From: an uncultured virus (IMG/VR IMGVR_UViG_3300025391_000491)
Taxonomy: Duplodnaviria; Heunggongvirae; Uroviricota; Caudoviricetes
Virus record (IMG/VR): IMGVR_UViG_3300025391_000491
DNA length: 64,000 nucleotides
Direction: 5' to 3' (one strand)
The notes beneath the pieces are model-generated. The model did not search any database, was not told the DNA's origin, and saw only the letters and a program-made list of their open reading frames with translations. The stretch's first letter is position 1. The number at the start of each line of letters is the position of its first letter. Made by a program: the position numbers and the translations under genes. Below are positions 48,774-58,118 of the stretch, one piece after another.

Positions 48774-49760
48774 ATGGCGTCACTTAGCGAAATTAGAGCG
48801 AGACTAGCAGCATCAGAAAACAAACAGGGTACAGGTGGTAGCAGTGGTGGAGATGGAGCAATTTATCCACACTGGAATATGTCAGAAGGTGAAAGCGCCA
48901 CCTTGCGATTCTTACCCGACGCAAATACCAAAAACACATTCTTTTGGGCCGAACGACAATTACTTCGTTTGCCATTCAACGGCATCAAAGGAGACATGGA
49001 TTCAAAACAGGTGTATGTACAAGTGCCATGCGTAGAGATGTGGGGTGATCCATGTCCTGTGCTGGCTGAAGTGCGTACCTGGTTCAAAGACAAGAGCCTG
49101 GAAGAAATGGGTCGCAAGTACTGGAAGAAACGCAGTTACATTTTCCAAGGATTTGTGCGAAAGAATCCCATTGCTGACGACAAGACTCCGGCCAACCCCA
49201 TCCGCAGATTTATCATAGGTCCACAGATCTTTACCCTGATCAAGGGTGCCTTGATGGATCCCGAACTGGAAGAGTTGCCCACTGACATCATGCGTGGTCT
49301 AGACTTTACCATCGCCAAGACCAGCAAGGGTGGATATGCTGACTACAACACTTCAAAGTGGAGTCGTAAAGAATCAGCCTTGACTGAAGAAGAACAAACA
49401 GCTATCGCCGAACATGGCCTGTTTGATCTCAGCACATTCATGCCCAAGCGTCCAACTGACGTGGAGCTCAAGATCATCAAAGAAATGTTCGAAGCCAGTG
49501 TAGACGGACAGAGCTATGATACTGAACGTTGGGGTGCCTACTACAGACCAGCCGGTGTAACGGCTCCTGCTGGCACCGGCTCAACTCCAGCCATGGTCGA
49601 TCTAGACGAAGATGCGCCAGCAGTCAAGTCAGTAGCGGCTCCAACTGTCAATGACTTTGATGACGAACCTGTTGCAACCGCAGCGCCAGTACAAGCCAAA
49701 CCGGCCGCAGGCAACACACAGGACATCTTGGCCATGATCCGCGCACGTCAAAAGCAGTAA
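48774..49760 (+). CDS. Single-stranded DNA-binding protein (T4 gp32-like)
   Basis: LRFLPD, C...CPV, G.DF.I.K..KGGYADY..SKW; acidic tail; upstream of uvsX. Confidence 0.88.
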   Translation: MASLSEIRARLAASENKQGTGGSSGGDGAIYPHWNMSEGESATLRFLPDANTKNTFFWAERQLLRLPFNGIKGDMDSKQVYVQVPCVEMWGDPCPVLAEVRTWFKDKSLEEMGRKYWKKRSYIFQGFVRKNPIADDKTPANPIRRFIIGPQIFTLIKGALMDPELEELPTDIMRGLDFTIAKTSKGGYADYNTSKWSRKESALTEEEQTAIAEHGLFDLSTFMPKRPTDVELKIIKEMFEASVDGQSYDTERWGAYYRPAGVTAPAGTGSTPAMVDLDEDAPAVKSVAAPTVNDFDDEPVATAAPVQAKPAAGNTQDILAMIRARQKQ

Positions 49761-49781
49761 TCAACTATCAGTAACAAACAC

Positions 49782-49802
49782 ACCCAGGGACTGTCCCTGG
49801 GT
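49782..49802 (+). terminator. GC-rich hairpin between SSB and uvsX (attenuator or stabiliser; no U-tract)
   Basis: acccaggga-ctg-tccctgggt. Confidence 0.5.
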
Positions 49803-49822
49803 CTGACACAAGGAGCATAAAC

Positions 49823-50884
49823 ATGGCCAATAAACCATTTGACATATCAAAATTCCGCAAGGACATTACCAAGAGTATTGACGGACTCAGTATTGGATTT
49901 AACGATCCTACTGATTGGATTTCAACCGGCAACTTTGCCTTGAACTATCTTATTTCAGGAGATTTCAACAAGGGTATTCCGTTGGGCAAGGTCACGGTAT
50001 TTGCTGGCGAATCCGGAGCAGGTAAAAGTTACATCTGCTCTGGTAACATTGTAAAAAACGCACAACAACAAGGCATTTTTGTGATCTTGATTGACACAGA
50101 AAATGCGCTGGATGAAAAGTGGTTGCATGATCTAGGTGTAAGCACAGATGAAAGCAAGTTGCTCAAACTCAACATGGCCATGATCGATGATGTGGCCAAA
50201 ACAATCAGCACATTCATGATCGATTACAAGGCCTTGCCCGATGGCGAGCGTCCCAAGGTGCTGTTTGTGATTGACAGCTTGGGCATGTTGCTTACTCCCA
50301 CTGATGTCAATCAGTTTGAAGCAGGTGACATGAAAGGTGACATGGGTCGTAAACCCAAGGCACTGACAGCATTGGTGCGTAACTCGGTCAACATGTTTGG
50401 CAGTTTCAACGTGGGCCTGGTTGCAACCAATCATACCTATGCCAGCCAAGACATGTTTGATCCAGATGACAAGATTTCAGGCGGACAAGGATTTATCTAC
50501 GCCTCCAGTATCGTGGTAGCCATGAAGAAGATGAAGCTGAAAGAAGACGAGGATGGCAACAAGATCAGCGAAGTCATGGGTATCCGTGCTGGTTGCAAGG
50601 TCATGAAAACTCGCTATGCCAAGCCATTTGAAGGCATGCAGGTCAAGATTCCTTACGAAACAGGTATGAATCCCTACTCGGGACTGACCGATTTGGCTGA
50701 GAAAAAAGGACTGTTGAAAAAAGACGGGAATAGACTAATGTTTGTGACCAGTGATGGTGAAATTATCAAACAGTTCCGCAAGGCCTGGGAATCAAACGAA
50801 GACGGATGCTTGGACCGGGTCATGGCTGATTTTGTCAATCAGCGAGAAACGGTAAGTACTGAAGATACAGCCACGGAGGAATAA
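49823..50884 (+). CDS. uvsX: RecA-like recombinase
   Basis: ISTG...LN..ISG; AGESGAGKS; IDTENA; VIDSLG; TNHTY; SGG.G..YASS. Confidence 0.95.
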   Translation: MANKPFDISKFRKDITKSIDGLSIGFNDPTDWISTGNFALNYLISGDFNKGIPLGKVTVFAGESGAGKSYICSGNIVKNAQQQGIFVILIDTENALDEKWLHDLGVSTDESKLLKLNMAMIDDVAKTISTFMIDYKALPDGERPKVLFVIDSLGMLLTPTDVNQFEAGDMKGDMGRKPKALTALVRNSVNMFGSFNVGLVATNHTYASQDMFDPDDKISGGQGFIYASSIVVAMKKMKLKEDEDGNKISEVMGIRAGCKVMKTRYAKPFEGMQVKIPYETGMNPYSGLTDLAEKKGLLKKDGNRLMFVTSDGEIIKQFRKAWESNEDGCLDRVMADFVNQRETVSTEDTATEE

Positions 50885-50886
50885 CA

Positions 50887-51135
50887 ATGACATTGGAACT
50901 GGTAAGCGAAATCTGGAGCGAGCTCCGGCGTTATGTAAACACAACCGATCGAGACGACGCAGCCGAATGCATGGTGTCGGTACTGATCGACAACAACATC
51001 GATGCTGACGAAATCAAATCTGCGTTCAAAACCGACAGTGAAGTCAGGCGTGCCTTGACCACCTATCTACAGAATCATGATGAGGATGAGGATGAAGAAG
51101 ACTATGCCGATGACACCGACGACGATGATTACTGA
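50887..51135 (+). CDS. Hypothetical protein with acidic tail
   Basis: RBS ggagg; D/E-rich C-terminus. Confidence 0.75.
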   Translation: MTLELVSEIWSELRRYVNTTDRDDAAECMVSVLIDNNIDADEIKSAFKTDSEVRRALTTYLQNHDEDEDEEDYADDTDDDDY

Positions 51136-52270
51136 TTTTTATTGCAATCAAAAATTTTATTTTTTATCAGTTGATCTTGAGAGAAGGTCGGCATACTCGT
51201 GTTGCTCGGCTACTCCTTCAAAAATAGATATACAGTGGATCAAAAAAAATCCTGGAAAACTTTTTAATACTCCTCAGCTTCAGCAGGAACGTCAGGACAT
51301 GTTGGCTAACATTGCGGTTGACAGTTGCAAAACAAACTGTTGGAATCCTGAACAAAACAACTTAGTAAGTCGCCGCATGATGTATAACGGCCAGATCAAA
51401 ACTCATACCGACATAAACTCTCGGCCCGAAGTATTGAACATTGTGTTAGGATCCAGTTGTAATCTGACCTGTTCTTATTGCGACAAACAGTACAGCAGTG
51501 CATGGTTGAGAGATATCAAAACCAATGGTGCCTACCTTGACTTACCAAAATTTAATTTGACCAGAGCAGATCAAATCTTGTCAAATATCAGTCAAAACGA
51601 GCATCTGGAATCAGATGGTTTTAACACGTTGACAAAAGAAATTGGATCGTTTGATCGGCTGGATAAAGTTGTTGTTTCTGGCGGAGAACCCTTTCTGTTT
51701 AACAAATTACCACAGCTTTTAAACAATCTGGGTCCGGTAAAACACATAGAGATTTTTACAGGGCTAGGAGTTGGTCATGACAGATTGAAAAATCAACTGG
51801 ATAAAATCGACCATATCAAAAATTTAAAAATGATTGTCAGCGCAGAAAATATCGACAGATACTACGAATTCAATAGACACGGCAACAGCTATGATAATTT
51901 TTGTAAAAATCTTGAACTGTTGCGCAATAGAGGATTTGATATCGGATTTAGCTCGGTGGTCAGCAACGTGACCATCTTTGGTTTGATCGATTTTGTTGAT
52001 CGTTACGGCGACGAAAATATAATTTATTCGATGTGCAACGACCCAGATTTTTTAAAATTGGGGGTGCTAGATCCCGACAGTAAAGATCGACTGATAGCTC
52101 AATTTGAATCCAGCACTATTACAATACGAGAATCCATCATACAAAATTTACAAATATTGCCCACTGAACAACAACGTCAACAGTTTTCGACCTTTGTCAA
52201 AGAGTTTGCTCGCAGACGTGAATTGAGTCTTGGCATTTTTCCAAACAGCATGTTACAATGGCTAGAATAA
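51125..52270 (+). CDS. Radical SAM protein with additional Cys motifs
   Basis: CNLTCSYC (CxxxCxxC); SGGEPF; N-terminal C...CC...CxxxC. Confidence 0.9.
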   Translation: MITDFYCNQKFYFLSVDLERRSAYSCCSATPSKIDIQWIKKNPGKLFNTPQLQQERQDMLANIAVDSCKTNCWNPEQNNLVSRRMMYNGQIKTHTDINSRPEVLNIVLGSSCNLTCSYCDKQYSSAWLRDIKTNGAYLDLPKFNLTRADQILSNISQNEHLESDGFNTLTKEIGSFDRLDKVVVSGGEPFLFNKLPQLLNNLGPVKHIEIFTGLGVGHDRLKNQLDKIDHIKNLKMIVSAENIDRYYEFNRHGNSYDNFCKNLELLRNRGFDIGFSSVVSNVTIFGLIDFVDRYGDENIIYSMCNDPDFLKLGVLDPDSKDRLIAQFESSTITIRESIIQNLQILPTEQQRQQFSTFVKEFARRRELSLGIFPNSMLQWLE

Positions 52271-52279
52271 AAGGAAATC

Positions 52280-52732
52280 ATGTGGTATAGCAAAATAACC
52301 AGCGACATTGGCAATATTCCTGATTTTGTCAGCTATTACGAACAACAACTGTTGGAAGCCAAATTGGAATGTCGAGTAGGCGGTCTGATTGAAAAAAACA
52401 TAACCACCTTACCTGGCATCACCGAGCATAGATTCAATCAGCTACAAGAAATCGAAGCTGTACTCAACTTTCTCAACATACAGCTGAGGAAAATCCGTCG
52501 CAAGCATTTCCAGAAATATCTAGAAGGCTATGCCAGGGCCTTGACCAGTCGAGATGCTGAAAAATACGTGGACGGAGAAGATGAAGTTATTGATTTTGAA
52601 ACCTTGATCAACGAAGTGGCATTGTTGCGTAACAAATTTTTAGGCATAATTAAAGCATTTGAAAGCAAGAATTTCATGCTGGGGCATGTGGTTCGATTGC
52701 GAGCAGCCGGCATGGAGGACATACAGGTATGA
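52280..52732 (+). CDS. uvsY: Recombination mediator, UvsY-like
   Basis: LTSRDAEKYVDGE; LR.AGMED; located near uvsX and uvsW. Confidence 0.8.
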   Translation: MWYSKITSDIGNIPDFVSYYEQQLLEAKLECRVGGLIEKNITTLPGITEHRFNQLQEIEAVLNFLNIQLRKIRRKHFQKYLEGYARALTSRDAEKYVDGEDEVIDFETLINEVALLRNKFLGIIKAFESKNFMLGHVVRLRAAGMEDIQV

Positions 52733-53493
52733 CATTTACCAACACACAACAGAGCCATGCTCACAGTCGTTATGTGATTGACCAGCTGTACGAGTACGAT
52801 GATTTCATGAGCAGCATCGGCACCTTGATCGATATGGGCTGTGGTCGTGGCCTAGATCTCGATTGGTGGGCCACTGCTACCACCCGAGACGAGAATCCCG
52901 AACCGTTGAATATCCAATGCGTGGGTGTGGACCTAGACGATGACCCAGGTATTGGCAACAGATACGCCAACTTGGCTTATCAAAAAACTGATTTTGAACA
53001 ACAGGGCATTGACTTGATCGGTCAGTCTCGTACCTATGATGTGGTCTGGTGTCATGACGCATTCCAGTATGCAATTGATCCGTTGCGCACCTTGTCACAG
53101 TGGTGGAACATCACCAGCGACGGTGGCATGCTGTATATAGGAATACCACAAACCACCAACATGCGTCGAGGGCAACAGGATTTCACACAGGTCTCGGGCT
53201 GTTATCACCACTATACCATGGTCAGTCTCATACATCAGTTGGCTGTATGCGGATGGGATTGTCGTGCTGGATTTTTCTCCAAACAGATAAATGATCCCTG
53301 GATACATGCTGTGGTATATAAAAGCGAAATTGGGCCGCAAGATCCGAGAACTACCACTTGGTATCAATTGGCCGAACAGGGGTTGATACCCGAAAGTGCT
53401 GCTCGTAGCGTGCAAGCACACGGGTATTTGAGACAGCAGGATCTGGTAGTGGCCTGGTTGGACAAAGGTTTACAATACATGGGACATCAATAA
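52729..53493 (+). CDS. Class I SAM-dependent methyltransferase
   Basis: LIDMGCGRG; GVDL; YDVVWCHD; GGMLYI. Confidence 0.85.
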   Translation: MTFTNTQQSHAHSRYVIDQLYEYDDFMSSIGTLIDMGCGRGLDLDWWATATTRDENPEPLNIQCVGVDLDDDPGIGNRYANLAYQKTDFEQQGIDLIGQSRTYDVVWCHDAFQYAIDPLRTLSQWWNITSDGGMLYIGIPQTTNMRRGQQDFTQVSGCYHHYTMVSLIHQLAVCGWDCRAGFFSKQINDPWIHAVVYKSEIGPQDPRTTTWYQLAEQGLIPESAARSVQAHGYLRQQDLVVAWLDKGLQYMGHQ

Positions 53494-53494
53494 C

Positions 53495-53821
53495 ATGAAA
53501 ACAGAAAGAATCTGGGGATACTATCGAGTGATCGACGAGACCCCCAACATGAAAGTCAAAGAATTGGTCGTAGAGCCAGGAAAAAGTCTCAGCATGCAAC
53601 GGCATTTCAAACGCAACGAATTCTGGGTCATACAGTCTGGAGCCTGTGTGGTCAACCTGGAATCAGAATCGGTACCGTTGATACAGCACGAAATCATGGC
53701 CATTCCGGTTGAGGCCTGGCATCAGCTGACCAACCCATACAACGAGCCCTGTCATGTGATGGAGATACAGTACGGCGACGCCTGCGACGAAGCAGACATA
53801 GAAAGACAAGCTCTAAAATAG
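53495..53821 (+). CDS. Cupin, mannose-6-phosphate isomerase type II C-terminal-like
   Basis: R.WG.Y; VKEL.V.PG.SLSMQRH..R.E.W; WHQL.N; EIQYG..C.E.DIER. Confidence 0.88.
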   Translation: MKTERIWGYYRVIDETPNMKVKELVVEPGKSLSMQRHFKRNEFWVIQSGACVVNLESESVPLIQHEIMAIPVEAWHQLTNPYNEPCHVMEIQYGDACDEADIERQALK

Positions 53822-53844
53822 ACCCTGCTAGATGCAGGGTTTTT
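53822..53844 (+). terminator. Intrinsic terminator
   Basis: accctgc-tagat-gcagggt-tttt. Confidence 0.8.
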
Positions 53845-53849
53845 CATGG

Positions 53850-53878
53850 TTGACCAAAATGTCAAGATCGGTTATAAT
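53850..53878 (+). promoter_or_regulatory. Sigma70-like early promoter
   Basis: TTGACC-N17-TATAAT. Confidence 0.85.
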
Positions 53879-53906
53879 GTATGTATAGTAACAAATTAGG
53901 AGCAAT

Positions 53907-54107
53907 ATGGCTTATACTGTTTTTGCACACGATACCAGTTTTGGTCCAAGAAAAGGCCTAGAAGGCCCGTTCCATTACCCCAATGGTCAGGTGTTGTATT
54001 ATGACAACAAGGCCGGTGAATATTGGGATCCACGCACAGATTTCTATGTGGAACGCGATCGTGTTGCTGAATTACAACAGTCGATACTGGACAGAATCCG
54101 CGGTTGA
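53907..54107 (+). CDS. Small early hypothetical protein
   Basis: RBS aggag; own promoter; GLEGPF...VLYYD.K.G.Y.D. Confidence 0.75.
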   Translation: MAYTVFAHDTSFGPRKGLEGPFHYPNGQVLYYDNKAGEYWDPRTDFYVERDRVAELQQSILDRIRG

Positions 54108-54132
54108 CCCAAAATGAGCCATTTGCTATAAT
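54104..54132 (+). promoter_or_regulatory. Sigma70-like early promoter
   Basis: TTGACC-N17-TATAAT with TGn extension. Confidence 0.85.
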
Positions 54133-54165
54133 ATTAGTACAGTGACAAAACAAGGAGCGCAACAC

Positions 54166-55185
54166 ATGACCAAAGTAAAAATTATAAACGGAATATACCG
54201 TAATCAACCTGTAAGAGATGTAGCATTTACCCTGGTAAAAGGCCTGCAAATGGGCGCCAGAGGCAGTTTTGTCACTGTGGACAGCGAGGGTTATTTTGGA
54301 CCCGAGTTTGACGTGGTGCGTATCAAAGTGGATGGCATCGAAGATGTGGAATTTGTGGGCGGTGATGCAGTTACAGCTCAACCGTCTGTGAAGGCAGTTG
54401 CCGTACAAGAAACTGACGAAGCAGTCATGAGCCGTATCGGCGAACGATTTGATATCTTGGACCAAATGACCAAGGCTGCTATCGCCGGCGATGTGCGAGC
54501 CATGATTGTGGTTGGCCCTCCTGGTGTGGGCAAGAGTTATGGTGTGGAAAAACAGCTGGAACAGTCGGGCCTGTTTGACAAGTTGGCTGGACGCAGGATC
54601 AAGTACGAAATCATCAAGGGTGCCATGACACCGATTGGTTTGTACTGTACCTTGTACAAGAATTCTGATCCATGCAACGTGTTGGTGTTTGACGACTGCG
54701 ACTCAGTATTCCAAGATGACTTGAGCCTGAACATTCTCAAAGCAGCTCTGGATTCAGGCAAGAAACGCAGGATCTACTGGAATTCGGACAGTTCCATGTT
54801 AACCCGTGAAGGTGTTCCCAACAATTTTGACTTCAAAGGTGCCTGTATCTTTATCACCAACCTGCAGTTCCAGAATTTGAAAAGCAAGAAACTGCAAGAT
54901 CACCTGGAAGCCCTGCAAAGTCGTTGTCACTTCTTGGACTTGACCCTGAACACACAACGCGACAAGTTCTTGCGTATCAAACAGATCTTCCGCAAAGGTG
55001 ACCTGTTCCAGGACTACGATTTTAGCCCAGAACAGGGCGAAGAGATCCTGGACTACATGGATGCCAACAAGGATCGTTTGCGAGAGCTCAGTTTACGCAT
55101 GGCACTCAAGATTGCAGATTTGACCAAGATCTCGGCAACCAACTGGAAAGCACTAGCAGTCAGCACATGTATGAAAAATAGTTGA
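54166..55185 (+). CDS. AAA+ ATPase
   Basis: GPPGVGKS; LVFDDCD; IFITN; ALQSR; RBS aaggag. Confidence 0.88.
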   Translation: MTKVKIINGIYRNQPVRDVAFTLVKGLQMGARGSFVTVDSEGYFGPEFDVVRIKVDGIEDVEFVGGDAVTAQPSVKAVAVQETDEAVMSRIGERFDILDQMTKAAIAGDVRAMIVVGPPGVGKSYGVEKQLEQSGLFDKLAGRRIKYEIIKGAMTPIGLYCTLYKNSDPCNVLVFDDCDSVFQDDLSLNILKAALDSGKKRRIYWNSDSSMLTREGVPNNFDFKGACIFITNLQFQNLKSKKLQDHLEALQSRCHFLDLTLNTQRDKFLRIKQIFRKGDLFQDYDFSPEQGEEILDYMDANKDRLRELSLRMALKIADLTKISATNWKALAVSTCMKNS

Positions 55186-55243
55186 TGCTGGCCAAACCGA
55201 TTAAGTAAAGATAGCTCCTGAGTAGTAATACTACTCACTTTAT

Positions 55244-55269
55244 ACAGGCCTTTCGGGGCCTGTTTTTTT
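55244..55269 (+). terminator. Intrinsic terminator (UUCG loop)
   Basis: acaggcct-ttcg-gggcctgt-tttttt. Confidence 0.88.
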
Positions 55270-55303
55270 GATTTTGTCACTATAAGTGTGTTATACTAAA
55301 TCT

Positions 55304-56320
55304 ATGCGAACAGCCAAAATAATAGTGCGTGACGAAGTCAATATCAAAATTGAAGGACTTGAGTTAGACGCAAGACGGGCCTTGGTCCGAGCTTTTGAAT
55401 ATGATGTGCCTGGTGCCAGATACTTGCCAGCAGTTAGACTGGGCCGTTGGAACGGCAAGACCAGCTACTTCCAGTTAGGAGGTAGTAGCTATGTGAATCT
55501 TTTACCCGAGATCGTGCCCATACTCGAGCAGTTCAATTACGATATCGAGCTGGATGACCAACGCGAATACTCAACCACTTTTGAATTTGCGCAAGTACAC
55601 GAAAACAGTTTTGCACACATAGCTTGGCCCAAGGGACATCCTTCAGAAGGTGAACCCATGCAGTTACGGGATTATCAGGTCAGCATAATCAACGATTTTT
55701 TGATCAATCCACAATGCATACAGGAGATAGCTACCGGTGCCGGCAAGACCGTGATAACTGCTGCACTATCAAACGCAGTGGCACCACTAGGGCGTACCAT
55801 AGTTATTGTGCCCAACAAGAGCTTGGTCACACAGACCGAACGAGACTACATCAACATGCAACAGGATGTGGGTGTGTACTTTGGCGACAGAAAAGAATGG
55901 GGTCGGCAACACACTATCTGTACCTGGCAAAGCCTCAATGTGTTGTTAAAGAATACCAAGTCAGGTGTGGGTGATTGCACCATTGGCGAGTTCCTGGAAG
56001 ATGTGGTGTGTGTGATTGTAGACGAATGTTTTGCTGGAGATAGTAAAGTGCTGACTCCGGATGGATATAGGCAGATCAAAGATATTAAATCGGGCGATAA
56101 AGTTATTAACTATTCTGAGACTACCAAAGAGTTTAAAGTAGATACTGTAGTTAAACAGCATAAGAACCTGACAAATTCTGCTAGCGAAACTATGTTTGAA
56201 TTAGAATTTGATAATGGCAACCAAATACAAGTCACAGGTAATCATAAGTTTCTTACTGATCGAGGCTGGGTCCGGGCAGATGCACTGACAGAAGAGCACG
56301 AAATTATTAATAAAACATAA
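55304..56320 (+). CDS. uvsW: UvsW-like SF2 helicase N-terminal half fused to split-intein N part
   Basis: LRDYQ, ATGAGKT, IVP...LV.Q, TWQSL, VIVDE|CFAGDSKV. Confidence 0.92.
   Translation: MRTAKIIVRDEVNIKIEGLELDARRALVRAFEYDVPGARYLPAVRLGRWNGKTSYFQLGGSSYVNLLPEIVPILEQFNYDIELDDQREYSTTFEFAQVHENSFAHIAWPKGHPSEGEPMQLRDYQVSIINDFLINPQCIQEIATGAGKTVITAALSNAVAPLGRTIVIVPNKSLVTQTERDYINMQQDVGVYFGDRKEWGRQHTICTWQSLNVLLKNTKSGVGDCTIGEFLEDVVCVIVDECFAGDSKVLTPDGYRQIKDIKSGDKVINYSETTKEFKVDTVVKQHKNLTNSASETMFELEFDNGNQIQVTGNHKFLTDRGWVRADALTEEHEIINKT
56027..56317 (+). mobile_element. Split intein IntN (97 aa)
   Basis: Block A CFAGDSKVLT; block B VTGNHKFLT..GWV.A..L; then a stop codon. Confidence 0.93.
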
Positions 56321-56350
56321 ATACATATAACTAAAGCAGAGGTATTTATG
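56316..56350 (+). promoter_or_regulatory. Late promoter inside a start-codon-sequestering hairpin
   Basis: cataaatac (56316-24) / gtatttatg (56342-50); TAAATA at 56318-23. Confidence 0.75.
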
Positions 56351-57259
56351 AAGAAAACAGCAGATCAGATGATGAAAATTATTAATAACAGATTAACAGA
56401 ATATAGCCAACACACCAGAGTAGTTGAGTGGTCGGGTAAGAATATTATGTTATCAACCGGTAAAATATTAACAAATTCCGACAGGGCAAGATTTATAAAA
56501 CGAATCATGAATACAAAAACTGATCTATGGTGTCGTTGCATGGACAGATTGATAAGCGGTGAGATAACAGAACCTGAAATTAAATCCAAGTTATCTGCAA
56601 TCGGTGGTACCGCAGTCCAGAAAAAACACGGTAATACTATCAAAAAAAATCTTAATACCGGCATTCCCTGGAATGCCGGAACTAGAGGACAGAACATAGG
56701 TACCCGCGGAGCCCGAACACAAATAGTTAAAGATAAAATTAGTGTAAAAAATTCTGGGAGCAACAATGGAATGTACGGGGTTAGGTTGTCAGACTTGGAC
56801 AAAAAAACAAAGTCTGAAATAATGAAACAAAAAATATTGTCGGGTGAATTTACCCCAAACAGTAATAACAGAAATACACATTGGGAATCAACATTTGCTG
56901 GTAAATCATACCGGTCTAGTTGGGAGGCATTATATCAATATTTTAATAAAGATGCCGAATACGAAAAACTAAGAATCAAATATAATATTAACAATACAAC
57001 AAAAATTTATATTGTTGATTTCGTAGATTATATCAACCGGCAAGTTATAGAAGTTAAACCTCGAGAGCTATGTACTGGAGAAAAATTTCAAGCCAAACTA
57101 ACTGCATTGACCGCCTGGGCAGAATTAAACAAATATGCGTTGATAATAGCAGACAAAGAATGGTTTCAATTACAAAATAACAATATAGATTATACAAAAT
57201 TTGATGATAGTACTGCACGAAAAATAAAAGAACTATATGAAACTAATAAAAAGAACTGA
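56348..57259 (+). CDS. Free-standing homing endonuclease (NUMOD3-like + TnsA/gp4-like PD-(D/E)XK)
   Basis: PWNAG, SG.NNGMYG, YRSSWE, EYE, YIVDF, IEVKP; AT-rich. Confidence 0.85.
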   Translation: MKKTADQMMKIINNRLTEYSQHTRVVEWSGKNIMLSTGKILTNSDRARFIKRIMNTKTDLWCRCMDRLISGEITEPEIKSKLSAIGGTAVQKKHGNTIKKNLNTGIPWNAGTRGQNIGTRGARTQIVKDKISVKNSGSNNGMYGVRLSDLDKKTKSEIMKQKILSGEFTPNSNNRNTHWESTFAGKSYRSSWEALYQYFNKDAEYEKLRIKYNINNTTKIYIVDFVDYINRQVIEVKPRELCTGEKFQAKLTALTAWAELNKYALIIADKEWFQLQNNNIDYTKFDDSTARKIKELYETNKKN

Positions 57260-57341
57260 AATCCTCAAACCACTCGAAGTGTTTAATTTGCACATAGAAA
57301 ACGATCACAATTACATTGTGGATGGTGCAGTGGTATCAAAT
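57237..57341 (+). mobile_element. Split intein IntC (35 aa)
   Basis: Blocks F/G, terminal Ser-Asn, +1 Cys at 57342. Confidence 0.93.
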
Positions 57342-58079
57342 TGCCACATGGCCAAGGCCGATGCACTCAAAACACTCCTGACCGGCGTAATGAGTCGTAT
57401 TCCCATCCGTTGGGGATTAACAGGAACTATTCCCAAAGAACCATTCGAGTCGCAGGCCTTGAAGTGTAGTCTAGGACCAGTGATCAATCAGCTTACCGCC
57501 AGCGAATTGCAAGACCGTGGTGTGCTGGCCCAGTGTCATGTGAACATAGTACAACTGGTGGACCATGCCGAGTTTGCCAACTATCAAAGCGAACTGAAAT
57601 TTTTGCTAGAAGAATCTGGACGTCTAGATGCCATGGCCAGTTTGATACGTCAGGTAAATGAAACCGGCAATACCCTGGTTCTGGTGGACCGGATCGCAGC
57701 CGGACAAGGACTTTTAGAACGTTTGGGCAACGGGGCTGTCATGGTATCGGGTGCGACCAAGGCCCAGGCCCGACAGGACGAATACGACGAAGTGGCCGAT
57801 GCCACCGGCAAGATTATCGTGGCCACATACGGTGTTGCAGCCGTAGGTATCAACATACCCAGGATCTTTAATCTGGTCTTGGTCGAGCCTGGCAAGAGCT
57901 TTGTGCGGGTGATCCAGAGCATTGGTCGTGGCATCAGGAAAGCCGAAGACAAGGATCATGTTGAAATCTGGGACATAACCAGCACCTGCAAGTTTGCCAA
58001 GCGACACTTGACCAAACGCAAACAGTTTTATAAAGAGGCCAAGTACAATTTCACACAGGAGAAATTGGAGTGGAAATAA
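57237..58079 (+). CDS. uvsW: Split-intein C part fused to UvsW C-terminal half
   Basis: VFNLHIENDHNYIVDGAVVSN|CHMAK; GLTGT; VGINIP; IQSIGRGIR. Confidence 0.92.
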   Translation: MKLIKRTEILKPLEVFNLHIENDHNYIVDGAVVSNCHMAKADALKTLLTGVMSRIPIRWGLTGTIPKEPFESQALKCSLGPVINQLTASELQDRGVLAQCHVNIVQLVDHAEFANYQSELKFLLEESGRLDAMASLIRQVNETGNTLVLVDRIAAGQGLLERLGNGAVMVSGATKAQARQDEYDEVADATGKIIVATYGVAAVGINIPRIFNLVLVEPGKSFVRVIQSIGRGIRKAEDKDHVEIWDITSTCKFAKRHLTKRKQFYKEAKYNFTQEKLEWK

Positions 58080-58118
58080 AAGGTCGTGCTGACTCGCAAC
58101 ATGTGCTATACTGAACAT

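Noticed and set aside
55304..58079. uvsW pseudogene or stop-codon recoding
   Set aside because: Intein catalytic residues and all helicase motifs are intact; the C-half is in another frame with its own ATG; all three stop codons end genes normally elsewhere in the window.
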